From positions 320,001 through 384,000 of the forward strand of contig BK006948.2 in NCBI GenBank assembly GCA_000146045.2: DNA of 64,000 bases, in the 5' to 3' direction. The notes below the pieces were generated by a model that was not told the DNA's origin, searched no databases, and saw nothing but the letters and a program-made list of their open reading frames with translations. How positions within the stretch are numbered: the stretch's first letter is position 1; every line of letters begins with the position of its first letter. Shown one piece after another: positions 50,981 through 62,822 of the stretch. Origin of the DNA: TPA_inf: Saccharomyces. Its lineage: Eukaryota. A program made the position numbers and the translations under genes.

Positions 50981-51004
50981 TTCCTTCAAGATTCTAGAAA
51001 TTTC
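50981..51004. promoter_or_regulatory. Heat-shock element: alternating nGAAn/nTTCn repeats TTCcttCAAgaTTCtaGAAatTTC, about 140-160 bp upstream of HSP10 (divergent with YOR020W-A)
   Basis: Read directly. TTCtaGAAatTTC is a perfect three-unit HSE, with further flanking units. Confidence 0.7.
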
Positions 51005-51684
51005 TATCATTGATGACGGGCATTACCCCGTTAATGACCTTCACACGAATGAGAATTGGGCGGCTAATGAGAGAACTTCGAGAGGTGCAATAAGTGAGAA
51101 ATAACAACTTTAGAACTCATTATGATTGCTTCCAATACCTAATCCTACGTATGTACTAAATTAAAAAGACAGACATGCATTATTGAATATTGACATTTTG
51201 AGAGTAACTTTTTATTATGAGTGGCATAATAAGATAATCGACGCAAGCCACAATTTATACAATAAAAAATGCTACCATCGCTGCTACATATGAACGAAAA
51301 TAATACAACTATCGTTACGGCCTTTGCTGAACCGTAATAAAATAAAATTCCTTGTTACATTTTTTTAGCCAGCTGCCTCAGAAAGAGGCGTTTACTATTT
51401 AATGGAGAAAGAAAGCAAAGAAAAATAAAAGGTATTTTCTTTACGGAAAGCCTTCGAGCAATCCAGGAGAAAGTGGACCTTTTTTTCCCAATGAAGAGAT
51501 CATAGGAGTATGGATTGAAAATATAATAGAACTTCGGGTAACGAGGTGTAATTTCACAGTCCATAATACAGAGCTAACGGTTTAAGGGTAAATAGTTATC
51601 TAAGTCAAGTTTTGAAGGAACAAGTAAGAAAGGTCGCTACTGTTTCTAAACATAAGATATACAAAAATAAATATAGCTATCTCA

Positions 51685-51957
51685 ATGGGTGCTGCATACA
51701 AAGTATTTGGGAAGACGGTTCAACCTCACGTATTGGCTATATCTACGTTTATCGCTACTGCTGCAGTGGCATCTTACTTTACCACGAAACCAAAAACCAA
51801 AAATGAAGGCAAGAATAGTTCTGCCTTGAGCCAACAAAAAAGCGGTGAAAGTTCAAACTCAGATGCTATGGGAAAGGACGATGATGTCGTAAAGAGTATT
51901 GAAGGATTTTTAAATGATTTAGAGAAAGATACGAGGCAGGATACGAAAGCCAACTGA
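51685..51957 (+). CDS. YOR020W-A, 90-aa mitochondrial single-TM protein (I believe named MCO10, ATP-synthase associated)
   Basis: ATG at 51685. N-terminal hydrophobic helix (HVLAISTFIATAAVASYF) and a charged C-terminus. Confidence 0.65.
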   Translation: MGAAYKVFGKTVQPHVLAISTFIATAAVASYFTTKPKTKNEGKNSSALSQQKSGESSNSDAMGKDDDVVKSIEGFLNDLEKDTRQDTKAN

Positions 51958-52797
51958 TTATGTATAAAAATTTCTGAAATGGTGGTGTTCTTCATCGTTC
52001 AGTGAAGGGATGCACTGATTTCTATAAACTTGAAGCACTTTTTGAAACTACTGTTCTATAACGAAAATTAGCGTCCTTCTTTCTATTAAGTATGCATTAT
52101 ACATATAATTCAATATATTCTGAATAGCAAAACGGCAATGAAAAAAAAAAAACACTGAAAATACTTGCCTTAGGCCATTGTGCATGATACGAATATGCAC
52201 AAAACTTGCCTCTTTTTACTTTACGGATCAATGACAACACTCAGGTGTAAGTGATAGTTGATGGCCTTTCAATATTTGAAAGGCTGGAAGATAATTATAA
52301 AAAATCGAACTAATTGCCTATGATTGTTTCATTACTGAGACTATTTTTTCACCTCAAGGGGGTCGTCTGAATTAGCAAAGCCATGGCAACTAGTGCAGTG
52401 CTTGAAGTCACCAGCTCGTTTGGTTTTAGATGCAAGTAATGTAAAGAAATTAATTTAAATAAAATAATAAAAGTTTCTACTTTTTTTTTCAATTAAAAAG
52501 CATAATACAACCAATCAATTTTATCCTATTTGGCCTGACAATGATGATATCATAAAAGTAAACGGTTCCTTGTTTTTATTTTTCTTGCATGCACTTTTCA
52601 GAAGTCTTGGTAGCGCTACTAACGCAAAATACGAAATATTCATTGGCTAATAAACTTGATTTTTTCATTGAATGTCGTTTTTGAACTATATACAATATAA
52701 TTAATGCTACGACCCTAAACTTTTCAACTAACTCTTTGACAAGGAAGCATCATCACTTATTACAACCATAGAATGTTACTTAAAGGACTGTTCTCAT

Positions 52798-53439
52798 CTA
52801 CATCAACAGATCGTCCAAACTTTGAGCAGAATCCTTCTTGATCAAATCCAACATCCCTTCAGGCAAAATAGGTTTACCTTCTTTATCTAAAACGTATCTA
52901 AATGGCATTTCCGTGGCCTCATTTTTATTGAACCTAAATTCAGGGTAGTCAATGAACTTGATGTCTTCAAATGCAATCCTGTCTTTGATAATCAACTGTG
53001 TTGTTCTTATGGCAGTATCCGTAGTCATTTGTTTATCACCTAGTCTTCTGCTAATTAAAAGATTCGGATAGGCAGTCTTTAGTTCTTTGGTACGATCTCT
53101 TGGAGGATGATCACCCAATATGCCACCAAATACGAAATAGTCGAATTTCGTAGCATCCTCCGGCTGTAAATCGATTGTAGCCCTAGGGTCCAATAGACAG
53201 ACTCTGCCATCTTTTAACAGTTCCAAATCCTTGAAATCTTCGTTAATGCCCTTCAAATCCTTTGTAGTCCATCTTAAACCAAGTTTTAGTAGCCTTTGAG
53301 GGATGTCCTTTTCCGTGGTACTCTCTGGTAACGATGATAAAATCAAGTTTTCAGCTCCTACTTCTCTCAGGATTTGGCTATACTCTAAAATGACCCATTC
53401 ACTAAACCCTTCCTCCATATGCTCAATAATGTACTTCAT
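52798..53439 (-). CDS. SFM1: SPOUT-family protein arginine methyltransferase, 213 aa
   Basis: The track ORF has a GTG start at 53463; the first ATG at 53437-53439 gives 213 aa (MKYIIEHMEEGFSEWV...). Confidence 0.8.
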   Translation of the reverse strand: MKYIIEHMEEGFSEWVILEYSQILREVGAENLILSSLPESTTEKDIPQRLLKLGLRWTTKDLKGINEDFKDLELLKDGRVCLLDPRATIDLQPEDATKFDYFVFGGILGDHPPRDRTKELKTAYPNLLISRRLGDKQMTTDTAIRTTQLIIKDRIAFEDIKFIDYPEFRFNKNEATEMPFRYVLDKEGKPILPEGMLDLIKKDSAQSLDDLLM

Positions 53440-53709
53440 CGTATATCTAGAAATAATCTCCACAGCTGTATCAATCTATATTAACAATAGATATGCCCCT
53501 CAACATCTAATAAGCAAAGGGCATTGCTCTTTTACAATACTCGATGAGCTTACCGAAAATTTCTAATCCAAAATAACGGAAAAAATTGAAAAGGTGTCAA
53601 TCCTGTTACCCGCAAGTTGAAGTACGGAAAGAATACAACCTTACACAGTGGAACTATAATAGACAGTAAAGAAAAAAGTTAAAAAAAACTTGTGCCTTGC
53701 GTTTACTGA

Positions 53710-55857
53710 TCAACCAGTCTTTCTTTTTACATATATTTCTGATGCATTTTCATGTTTACTTAAAATTTCTTTTAGGATAAACGCTGCAATATCCGGTTCT
53801 TCGAAATAAGAAACATGTGATTTTATAGCTGATATAAAATCCACTTCTAGCAGACTTGGAGACATAGCATAATCTAGACGTCCGGTGTAATTCAAACCTG
53901 TAAGCATTCTCGTAAGATTTTCTGATAACTTGACCTCTTTTTTTTCTGGAGAAGTTTTTTTGGACTGCAAATTATTTTCATCAGTACCTGGCAAATCTTT
54001 CCATATGTTTTCGCCAAATTCCAAAACTTTAGAAGTTAGTCCATAAGCTTCACTACAATGTGGTAAATAAGTTTGTTCGTAATGAGCCATTTCTTTACTA
54101 ACAAGAGGTTCCATCCTATAAGAAATGGGATCACAGACGTGGTAAACATTATAAATGTCCTTACATTGCGGTCTCTGTACGGTTAATTTTCTCTCCAAGT
54201 CATTGGGAAATTCGGGACGGTCACCAATTTTTGTTCTTTGAATTAACTTTAACAATCCAATTGGTGAGCCAATAAAGAACAGGTTGTCTACTTGAAATTC
54301 TAATTCATATTTTTTTTGTTTGGATAGAATATCAAATAATATCATACTACCCAACGAATGGCCCACTAAATGGACTTTCCCATCAAACTCTGGATTAAAT
54401 TCTTTAAAAATCCGATATGTTTTGTTCAATTGAGAGGTTACTTGTTGTAGAATCATATCTTGGTAGTATGGTTCGACATACAACAAAATATCTAGTAGAC
54501 CGTCAGCCAGTAGCTTCCTCAAGGGTAACACTCCATTTACTGTGACTTGTGACAAAGTCGGTAGGTCAGGATTTTCTATATTTTCCTCCTTAGCATCCGT
54601 TTGGAAACTTATCGAGTGCCTCCAGGTGATGGGTAGCACTTGAACGTTACAGTTGCTTTTATAATCAGGTGCTGTGTTTAATGATTGTAGTTTCTCAGAA
54701 TTATTGTAGATTTTTTTCATATTAGACCTAAGTAGATTTACCGTGTGTGCGAAATTTACGTATTCGTACTTCTTACCCAAAGTCTGACCTATACCGTGAA
54801 CGCATAGTATCAAGTTATCCACATCTCTTCTGTTACTTCTAATTTGTCTATCGCTTGCGCCCGAATTTTTGCCATCTTCTATTTTGCTACTAGCATTAGC
54901 GCCTTGACTGTTATCTGCATTGTTATAGTCTGTTTCCATTTGCTTTTCCAAGCTCTGTGCATCATCTTGATCTTTACTAGCATTACCATTGAACAACTGT
55001 AAAAAGTCCGATAAATTGAAGAGGTTTGAAACTTTCTTTTCTAACTTTGTTTCAATGCTCCTCGATTTGGAACTGTTACTACCATCTGCTACTTCCGTTT
55101 GAGGCGTTTTTGCTGCCTTAAAAGATGTGGATGTCTGTTTAGTAGTTGCGGAGGATGAATATTTGTATGATCTTGTAATCATTGTAGCATTAATCGGTAA
55201 GGATTGAGCCAGATTAGACCTTAGAAAGGCTAATTGCAGTTTTCCTCCATCTAAATCCGATAGTAAAAATGCAGTTTGTTTATTGGCAAACAAAATAAAC
55301 TTGAAAGTAGATTCGTTCTCATCTTTATTGCTGGATCCATTTTTTTGCTCTCCTTCGTTTTCTTTATCGACTGGGTATTTACCTTTGAGCCTAAATATAT
55401 CTTGCGATTCTGCAGGAGGTGTCGTGGTCGGATCATCATTACTGTCGTCGAATTTGAGCTGCTTATACAACCCTTCAATTTCGGAGGTAAGATCACTGGA
55501 CAAAGGTTGATTTGAAGAGTCGAACCACACACCTCTTCGTACTTGATAAGTAGGGCCTTCCCAATAGGTAGGGGACAATTCCATGTGAGAGAGGTCGACT
55601 TTAAACAGGTAATCTTCGTTGACTAAAACAGGCCTGCGTTCTTGACGCTTACTGGCCTTTTCCAAACGATTAGAATCATCAACGGAGAACGGCTTAAACT
55701 TTTTGGGTGAGTGTAAAGTTTGATATGTGGGTAAATAGGGTTTGGAGTTGGGTACGTCTATGGCATAGAACCATGGTACATAAATGTGATTTAACCTTAC
55801 GAAAATGTTTCTAAAACGAGTGCTGGAGGGAAGGCCTCGATGAGTAAACCGTAGCAT
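53710..55857 (-). CDS. DDL1: DDHD-domain phospholipase A1 (mitochondrial), 715 aa
   Basis: The track ORF 53710..55926 has a non-ATG start; the ATG at 55855-55857 (MLRFTHRG...) gives 715 aa. Lipase GHSLG motif (VHLVGHSLGSMILFD) and C-terminal DDHD region. Confidence 0.8.
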   Translation of the reverse strand: MLRFTHRGLPSSTRFRNIFVRLNHIYVPWFYAIDVPNSKPYLPTYQTLHSPKKFKPFSVDDSNRLEKASKRQERRPVLVNEDYLFKVDLSHMELSPTYWEGPTYQVRRGVWFDSSNQPLSSDLTSEIEGLYKQLKFDDSNDDPTTTPPAESQDIFRLKGKYPVDKENEGEQKNGSSNKDENESTFKFILFANKQTAFLLSDLDGGKLQLAFLRSNLAQSLPINATMITRSYKYSSSATTKQTSTSFKAAKTPQTEVADGSNSSKSRSIETKLEKKVSNLFNLSDFLQLFNGNASKDQDDAQSLEKQMETDYNNADNSQGANASSKIEDGKNSGASDRQIRSNRRDVDNLILCVHGIGQTLGKKYEYVNFAHTVNLLRSNMKKIYNNSEKLQSLNTAPDYKSNCNVQVLPITWRHSISFQTDAKEENIENPDLPTLSQVTVNGVLPLRKLLADGLLDILLYVEPYYQDMILQQVTSQLNKTYRIFKEFNPEFDGKVHLVGHSLGSMILFDILSKQKKYELEFQVDNLFFIGSPIGLLKLIQRTKIGDRPEFPNDLERKLTVQRPQCKDIYNVYHVCDPISYRMEPLVSKEMAHYEQTYLPHCSEAYGLTSKVLEFGENIWKDLPGTDENNLQSKKTSPEKKEVKLSENLTRMLTGLNYTGRLDYAMSPSLLEVDFISAIKSHVSYFEEPDIAAFILKEILSKHENASEIYVKRKTG

Positions 55858-56011
55858 TTCAAGTAATTGTTCACTGTGAGTATATTCAGTGATCTTCAAT
55901 ATTAGGGAATATGCAAAAAAATACAATCCACTTTTTCTTCCAAAGCGACAAATTAGGTCAGAAAACCAACAGAATATTATATTACGTAATTTACTTATTT
56001 ATATGTGTGTA

Positions 56012-57712
56012 CTATGTATGAGAACCACGCAGTCTTGATTTCGACCTTAGATTGTAATAAGATGATGATTTTGCTGCAGGATCAGGACCCTCAAGTTCAT
56101 TAGTCAAAAGGGCCGCTTTTCTTGGTTTCTTGTCAGTGGGATTTGCTCTCAACCTTTCTCTTAAAGGTAAATCTTCCATGGGAGTAGAGCTATTCAAGCT
56201 CAGTTTTCTCTTACGCAGCAATTTTCTTTGTAAGGAGGAGGATAGCACTGGCGGAGAGGGTGGGTCCGTAGTCGTTGTTGTTGTAGCCGTTGCTGAGAGA
56301 GACGGTGATGGGACGTAAGAAGCTTCGTCATCAGATTTGGAAGATTCCTCTTCTTGCTCCTTTTGATATCTTAATTGAATTTCACGTTGCTTCAAATATT
56401 CATTCAAATCATCCGGAGTTTCATTAACCATGTCAATCAGTTTTTTGAAGTCTTCTTTATTTTGGTATAGTTTTTCTAAATGAGGAGTGTTCTTGACAGT
56501 CTTTGGAGCCCGCGTATGGTTCTCGGAGTGGTTGATTGGTGATTGTGGTTTTGGGATTGCAATGTCAGAGGGTAGGTAGTCTTTGTTTGGGTCCAAATTT
56601 AGTTTCTTGAACTTAGATAAAATTTCCGGATCCTGCTTATCATTAGGAAGTAGTTTTTGGTTGTTTAAAACTGCCAATGGTTGGCTTGAATATAGTTTAG
56701 AATGTTTTAGTCGAGTATGGTTCACGATACCTTGCGCGGAAGTGAAACCGGAACGGTCACATTTGGAGCACGTAATTATAACCAAAATGCCGTCATATCT
56801 TCTAAAAATGGGCTCATTATTTTCAGTCTTACCGATGATACCGCTATTGCTCGTCAAACAAGTGCTACTGTAATTACGTCTGTGGTTAAGATGCATCTGA
56901 CTTGGTTTAAAAGGGAGTATCTGGAACCCCGGCTGCTCGTCTAAGGGGGAGATTGAGGAGGAACGAGGTGAAGAAATGCCATCCGAATTAGAGTGAGGAA
57001 GCGAGACGGGAGTGGGCTTGGTTATGGCTTCTGATAGAGATTTAGAACCTGTTAGCCTGTAATCAATTATATTCGAATTTGCCGGACGGAGGGCAGAAGG
57101 TTCTAGCAAAAGCCCGTTACTCTTGCTTCTAGTATGATAATGGTGGTGTGGTATGCGTGTTGTTGACAGATTTCTGTTGCTGCTCGAAGACAAAGGCTGA
57201 CAGTTGATGTTATAATCCGATAGAACCGGGTATGACAGGTTATAATTTGATGCGTTCGTATTTTCCGTAGCCGTACTGTCGTGAAAGTGGCCGCCGAGCA
57301 CGCTATGCTGCTGATGTTGTTTTATTTTGAGTTGATACGTCCGTTCGATTTTGTTCAATAGACCAGTATCCTTATGCAGGGTTTCCAAGAGAGCTAGTTT
57401 TGCGTTAACCTTTTGAACATTTCTTCGTAAGTGCCTAACATGCTTGTGGTTTAGCATTATATGTAGGTTCAAAACATTCTGTATTTCCCCTTTGGCACAT
57501 TCGTACTTCAACCGCTGGGTATTTTCGCTATCCTTGTCCGGATTACTGGTGGCGGTGTCCATTTTGAAGGGCTCATCCATGTTGTTTTCCAAATCCTGAG
57601 GAGACTTTGGCGTGGTAACCTGATAAACGTTCGTCATCTTAGAGGATGACGATGAGGAAGAATTAGGATTATGATGCTGGTGCTGCAGTTTATCTTGGGC
57701 GGGACTCATCAT
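56012..57712 (-). CDS. AHC1: Ada histone acetyltransferase complex subunit, 566 aa
   Basis: ATG at 57710-57712 (minus strand). The Ser/Asn-rich 566-aa sequence is recognised as Ahc1. Confidence 0.8.
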
Positions 57713-58218
57713 GAGGAGATGGACATATACACAAAGTGTTGGATGAGAAGCGTGAGCCCGAAGAGTAGTGAAATGCCGAAGATCAGGGTGTTTATATGAA
57801 CGAACACTAGCTTACAAATGTGGAAACGGGATCCTTCAGAGGTAAAATGCGCCTTCAGTGGCCAAAGTTCATCACCTTCCTTAGCACGGGTTCTTGCTGT
57901 CTGCTCTTCCTGCTTCTTCCCTGTTCGTTTTTCCCTCTTCCTACGGCTATGCACAGTGGCAAATGCACTGCATGTGTTTCTGTGGCGGGTATCCCTCAAT
58001 TGCGGGTAACAATAAGTAACTCAACATCACGAACGACGTTTATGTTTGCTGTTACCACAAAGGGTAAAACGTCAATAAAAGCAAGCAATGTTATTCGTGC
58101 CAGAGAACTATATCTGGCGTACGTCTTATATATAACACAAGCAAGGGCAAATACGTGGTTAGTGGTGTAAAAACTGAAGGGATTAATTTACATACAACTA
58201 GATCCATCTTTCTCAAAA

Positions 58219-59562
58219 ATGACTTCAGTATCGCCCTCGCCACCTGCCAGTCGATCGGGCTCAATGTGCTCCGACTTACCGTCCTCTTTGCAGACTGAGA
58301 AACTGGCACATATTATAGGTCTTGATGCCGACGATGAAGTTCTCCGGCGCGTAACCAAGCAGTTGAGCAGATCTAGGAGAATTGCTTGTCTGACTGGGGC
58401 AGGCATTTCGTGCAACGCGGGCATTCCTGACTTTCGCTCTTCTGATGGGCTCTACGACCTAGTGAAAAAGGATTGTTCACAGTATTGGTCTATCAAGTCC
58501 GGCAGGGAAATGTTTGATATTTCGCTATTTAGAGATGACTTCAAAATATCCATTTTTGCTAAATTTATGGAGAGGCTCTATTCAAATGTTCAATTGGCAA
58601 AGCCGACTAAGACGCACAAGTTCATTGCGCATCTAAAAGATAGGAACAAACTGCTGCGCTGTTACACGCAAAACATCGATGGGCTCGAAGAAAGCATAGG
58701 ACTTACTTTATCAAATAGGAAATTACCGCTTACCTCATTTAGTTCACATTGGAAAAATCTGGATGTCGTTCAGTTGCACGGCGACCTGAAAACTCTTTCG
58801 TGTACAAAGTGCTTCCAGACTTTTCCCTGGAGCAGGTACTGGTCTCGTTGTCTAAGAAGAGGTGAGTTACCATTGTGTCCGGATTGCGAAGCACTTATCA
58901 ACAAGAGATTGAATGAAGGAAAGCGAACTCTTGGTTCTAATGTGGGTATTCTAAGACCTAATATCGTCCTGTATGGTGAAAACCATCCATCCTGTGAAAT
59001 TATTACGCAAGGCCTAAATCTTGACATAATTAAAGGCAATCCTGATTTTTTGATCATCATGGGTACAAGTTTGAAAGTTGATGGTGTGAAACAACTGGTA
59101 AAAAAATTAAGTAAGAAAATTCACGATCGTGGCGGCCTGATCATTCTCGTAAACAAGACACCCATTGGCGAATCCTCTTGGCACGGCATTATAGACTACC
59201 AAATCCACTCAGATTGTGATAATTGGGTCACATTTCTTGAATCCCAAATACCAGATTTCTTCAAGACGCAAGATCAAATTAAGAAGTTAAGACAGTTAAA
59301 AAGGGAGGCGAGCGACTTGAGAAAGCAAATGAAGGCCCAAAAAGACTCAATCGGAACCCCCCCAACAACCCCTCTACGAACTGCCCAGGGGATTGATATT
59401 CAAGGAAACAACGAATTGAATACAAAAATAAAGTCGTTAAACACAGTTAAGAGAAAAATACTGTCACCAGAAAACTCCAGTGAGGAAGACGAAGAGGAAA
59501 ACTTGGATACAAGAAAACGCGCTAAGATACGACCAACTTTCGGTGACAACCAAGCCTCATAA
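58219..59562 (+). CDS. HST3: Sirtuin NAD-dependent histone H3K56 deacetylase, 447 aa
   Basis: ATG at 58219. Sirtuin catalytic core motifs (GAGISCNAGIPDFRS; QNIDGLEE; Zn-ribbon CxxC...CxxC). 447 aa. Confidence 0.9.
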   Translation: MTSVSPSPPASRSGSMCSDLPSSLQTEKLAHIIGLDADDEVLRRVTKQLSRSRRIACLTGAGISCNAGIPDFRSSDGLYDLVKKDCSQYWSIKSGREMFDISLFRDDFKISIFAKFMERLYSNVQLAKPTKTHKFIAHLKDRNKLLRCYTQNIDGLEESIGLTLSNRKLPLTSFSSHWKNLDVVQLHGDLKTLSCTKCFQTFPWSRYWSRCLRRGELPLCPDCEALINKRLNEGKRTLGSNVGILRPNIVLYGENHPSCEIITQGLNLDIIKGNPDFLIIMGTSLKVDGVKQLVKKLSKKIHDRGGLIILVNKTPIGESSWHGIIDYQIHSDCDNWVTFLESQIPDFFKTQDQIKKLRQLKREASDLRKQMKAQKDSIGTPPTTPLRTAQGIDIQGNNELNTKIKSLNTVKRKILSPENSSEEDEEENLDTRKRAKIRPTFGDNQAS

Positions 59563-59780
59563 ACTTAACTATTAAAATTGAGTTAACGATAAATAATCGA
59601 GGCAGACACCCCTTTGCATAATATATCATCCGTTTAATTTATCTTCCATTTATATACTCATACATATACCAACGGAGATCTGCATGTCCGAGAATACAAA
59701 AAATAGTGAACGAAAAAAATATCACATCGCGAAAGAAAAGCTATCTGATATCTGCAACACGAAAACACAACAGTCGCGGC

Positions 59781-60806
59781 ATGCAGATAGTACAAATTGA
59801 GCAGGCCCCAAAAGACTACATAAGCGACATCAAAATAATCCCTTCCAAGTCACTGCTTTTGATTACGTCTTGGGATGGCTCTTTAACAGTCTACAAATTC
59901 GACATTCAAGCAAAGAATGTTGACCTTTTACAATCGCTACGATATAAACATCCGTTATTGTGCTGCAATTTCATCGACAATACCGATCTGCAAATATACG
60001 TGGGAACTGTACAGGGTGAAATTCTAAAAGTTGATTTGATAGGTAGTCCCAGCTTCCAAGCTTTGACGAACAATGAAGCCAATTTGGGTATTTGCCGAAT
60101 ATGCAAATATGGAGACGATAAACTCATTGCCGCGTCATGGGATGGCCTGATAGAGGTTATCGACCCTCGCAATTATGGTGATGGAGTTATTGCTGTTAAA
60201 AATTTGAACTCTAATAACACAAAGGTGAAGAATAAGATATTTACTATGGATACAAACTCCTCTCGATTGATCGTTGGTATGAACAATAGTCAGGTTCAAT
60301 GGTTTCGCCTGCCACTCTGTGAGGATGATAACGGAACAATTGAAGAATCAGGACTGAAGTACCAAATAAGAGATGTCGCTCTTTTACCGAAAGAACAAGA
60401 AGGTTATGCATGTAGCAGCATTGACGGGCGAGTTGCTGTGGAGTTTTTCGATGATCAGGGCGATGATTACAACTCAAGCAAAAGATTTGCATTTAGATGC
60501 CACCGTTTGAATTTAAAAGATACAAACTTAGCGTATCCAGTAAATTCTATTGAATTTTCCCCCCGTCATAAGTTCCTATACACGGCTGGCTCTGATGGCA
60601 TAATTTCATGCTGGAACCTACAAACCCGCAAGAAAATAAAAAATTTCGCCAAATTTAACGAAGACAGCGTGGTTAAAATTGCTTGTTCGGACAATATTCT
60701 ATGTCTGGCAACTTCTGATGATACTTTCAAGACAAACGCCGCAATTGACCAAACTATTGAACTAAACGCAAGTTCAATATACATAATATTTGACTATGAG
60801 AACTGA
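59781..60806 (+). CDS. BUB3: WD40 spindle-assembly-checkpoint protein, 341 aa
   Basis: The track ORF starts upstream at a non-ATG; the first ATG at 59781 (MQIVQIEQAPKDYISDIKII...) gives 341 aa. WD repeats throughout. Confidence 0.9.
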   Translation: MQIVQIEQAPKDYISDIKIIPSKSLLLITSWDGSLTVYKFDIQAKNVDLLQSLRYKHPLLCCNFIDNTDLQIYVGTVQGEILKVDLIGSPSFQALTNNEANLGICRICKYGDDKLIAASWDGLIEVIDPRNYGDGVIAVKNLNSNNTKVKNKIFTMDTNSSRLIVGMNNSQVQWFRLPLCEDDNGTIEESGLKYQIRDVALLPKEQEGYACSSIDGRVAVEFFDDQGDDYNSSKRFAFRCHRLNLKDTNLAYPVNSIEFSPRHKFLYTAGSDGIISCWNLQTRKKIKNFAKFNEDSVVKIACSDNILCLATSDDTFKTNAAIDQTIELNASSIYIIFDYEN

Positions 60807-61052
60807 TATCTTCGTGAAGATTCGTGTAGTATGATAGAACATTCCAGAAAAAAAATTCAGATTCATCGCTCTCTCTTCGCTTCTCCTCCTTTAAGGAATA
60901 AAGAAAAAATCACATACATAGATTAAGTAAATAGGATCTGCTAGAAAAATTATATATAGATCAATCATCTTATTAAGGTATCTTGTTTAAGCCCAAAAGT
61001 CTGCTCCCAAATTCCTCACTGTAGCTACTAAAACAACCTATACGCAAGAAAG

Positions 61053-62822
61053 ATGTCATTGACAGCCGATGAATACAAACAACAAGGTAACGCTGCATTT
61101 ACCGCTAAGGATTACGATAAAGCGATAGAGCTCTTCACTAAAGCTATTGAAGTTTCTGAAACTCCAAACCATGTTTTATATTCTAACAGGTCCGCCTGTT
61201 ATACTTCTTTAAAGAAATTTAGTGACGCATTGAATGATGCTAATGAATGTGTCAAAATCAATCCATCTTGGTCTAAGGGTTATAATAGACTCGGTGCCGC
61301 CCACTTAGGTCTTGGCGATCTCGACGAAGCTGAAAGCAACTACAAAAAAGCCTTGGAGTTGGATGCCAGTAACAAGGCCGCCAAAGAAGGATTGGATCAG
61401 GTTCATCGTACCCAACAGGCAAGACAGGCACAGCCTGATTTAGGGTTGACACAGTTGTTTGCTGACCCAAATTTAATTGAAAATTTAAAGAAGAACCCAA
61501 AAACTAGCGAAATGATGAAGGACCCTCAATTAGTGGCTAAACTGATTGGGTACAAACAAAATCCGCAAGCTATTGGCCAAGATCTGTTTACTGATCCAAG
61601 ATTAATGACCATCATGGCTACATTGATGGGGGTTGATTTAAACATGGATGATATAAACCAATCAAACTCCATGCCAAAGGAACCGGAAACCAGTAAAAGC
61701 ACTGAACAAAAGAAAGATGCTGAACCACAAAGCGATTCCACTACGAGCAAGGAAAATTCCTCTAAAGCACCACAGAAAGAAGAAAGTAAGGAATCCGAGC
61801 CAATGGAAGTTGATGAAGATGACTCTAAAATTGAGGCCGACAAGGAAAAGGCCGAAGGTAACAAGTTTTACAAGGCACGTCAATTCGATGAAGCTATAGA
61901 GCACTACAACAAGGCGTGGGAACTGCATAAAGATATTACCTATTTAAACAACCGTGCTGCTGCTGAATACGAAAAAGGCGAATACGAGACAGCTATTTCT
62001 ACCTTGAATGATGCTGTTGAGCAAGGTAGAGAAATGAGAGCGGATTACAAGGTCATTTCCAAATCATTTGCGCGTATTGGTAATGCCTATCACAAATTGG
62101 GTGACTTGAAGAAAACTATAGAATACTACCAAAAATCATTGACCGAACATCGTACTGCTGACATTTTGACCAAGTTAAGGAATGCTGAAAAAGAATTGAA
62201 GAAAGCTGAGGCGGAGGCGTATGTTAACCCTGAAAAGGCGGAGGAAGCCCGTCTTGAAGGTAAGGAATATTTTACCAAGAGTGATTGGCCGAATGCTGTT
62301 AAGGCTTACACTGAAATGATCAAAAGGGCACCTGAAGATGCTAGAGGATATTCTAATAGAGCTGCTGCACTAGCGAAGTTAATGTCTTTCCCTGAAGCTA
62401 TCGCAGATTGTAACAAAGCCATTGAAAAAGATCCAAATTTCGTGAGAGCTTATATCAGAAAGGCCACCGCACAAATTGCTGTTAAAGAATATGCTTCCGC
62501 TTTGGAAACACTAGATGCGGCCAGAACCAAAGATGCTGAAGTGAATAATGGTTCTAGTGCAAGGGAAATTGATCAACTGTACTACAAGGCAAGCCAACAA
62601 AGATTCCAACCTGGTACCAGTAACGAAACCCCAGAAGAAACCTATCAAAGGGCCATGAAAGATCCTGAAGTGGCTGCGATCATGCAAGATCCTGTTATGC
62701 AAAGTATTTTGCAGCAGGCCCAACAGAATCCCGCTGCTTTACAAGAACACATGAAAAATCCAGAAGTATTCAAAAAGATTCAGACGTTGATCGCTGCTGG
62801 TATCATCCGGACTGGCCGCTAA
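61053..62822 (+). CDS. STI1: Hsp70/Hsp90 organising co-chaperone (HOP): TPR1, DP1, TPR2A, TPR2B, DP2; 589 aa
   Basis: ATG at 61053. Nine TPR motifs in three clusters plus the DP repeats. 589 aa. Confidence 0.95.
   Translation: MSLTADEYKQQGNAAFTAKDYDKAIELFTKAIEVSETPNHVLYSNRSACYTSLKKFSDALNDANECVKINPSWSKGYNRLGAAHLGLGDLDEAESNYKKALELDASNKAAKEGLDQVHRTQQARQAQPDLGLTQLFADPNLIENLKKNPKTSEMMKDPQLVAKLIGYKQNPQAIGQDLFTDPRLMTIMATLMGVDLNMDDINQSNSMPKEPETSKSTEQKKDAEPQSDSTTSKENSSKAPQKEESKESEPMEVDEDDSKIEADKEKAEGNKFYKARQFDEAIEHYNKAWELHKDITYLNNRAAAEYEKGEYETAISTLNDAVEQGREMRADYKVISKSFARIGNAYHKLGDLKKTIEYYQKSLTEHRTADILTKLRNAEKELKKAEAEAYVNPEKAEEARLEGKEYFTKSDWPNAVKAYTEMIKRAPEDARGYSNRAAALAKLMSFPEAIADCNKAIEKDPNFVRAYIRKATAQIAVKEYASALETLDAARTKDAEVNNGSSAREIDQLYYKASQQRFQPGTSNETPEETYQRAMKDPEVAAIMQDPVMQSILQQAQQNPAALQEHMKNPEVFKKIQTLIAAGIIRTGR

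Noticed and set aside
60807-61052. Possible HSE upstream of STI1 (TTCcaGAAaaaaaaTTCagaTTC)
   Set aside because: The nGAAn units are gapped by an A7 run and do not keep the 5-bp phase. It is suggestive only, not a canonical HSE like the HSP10 one.
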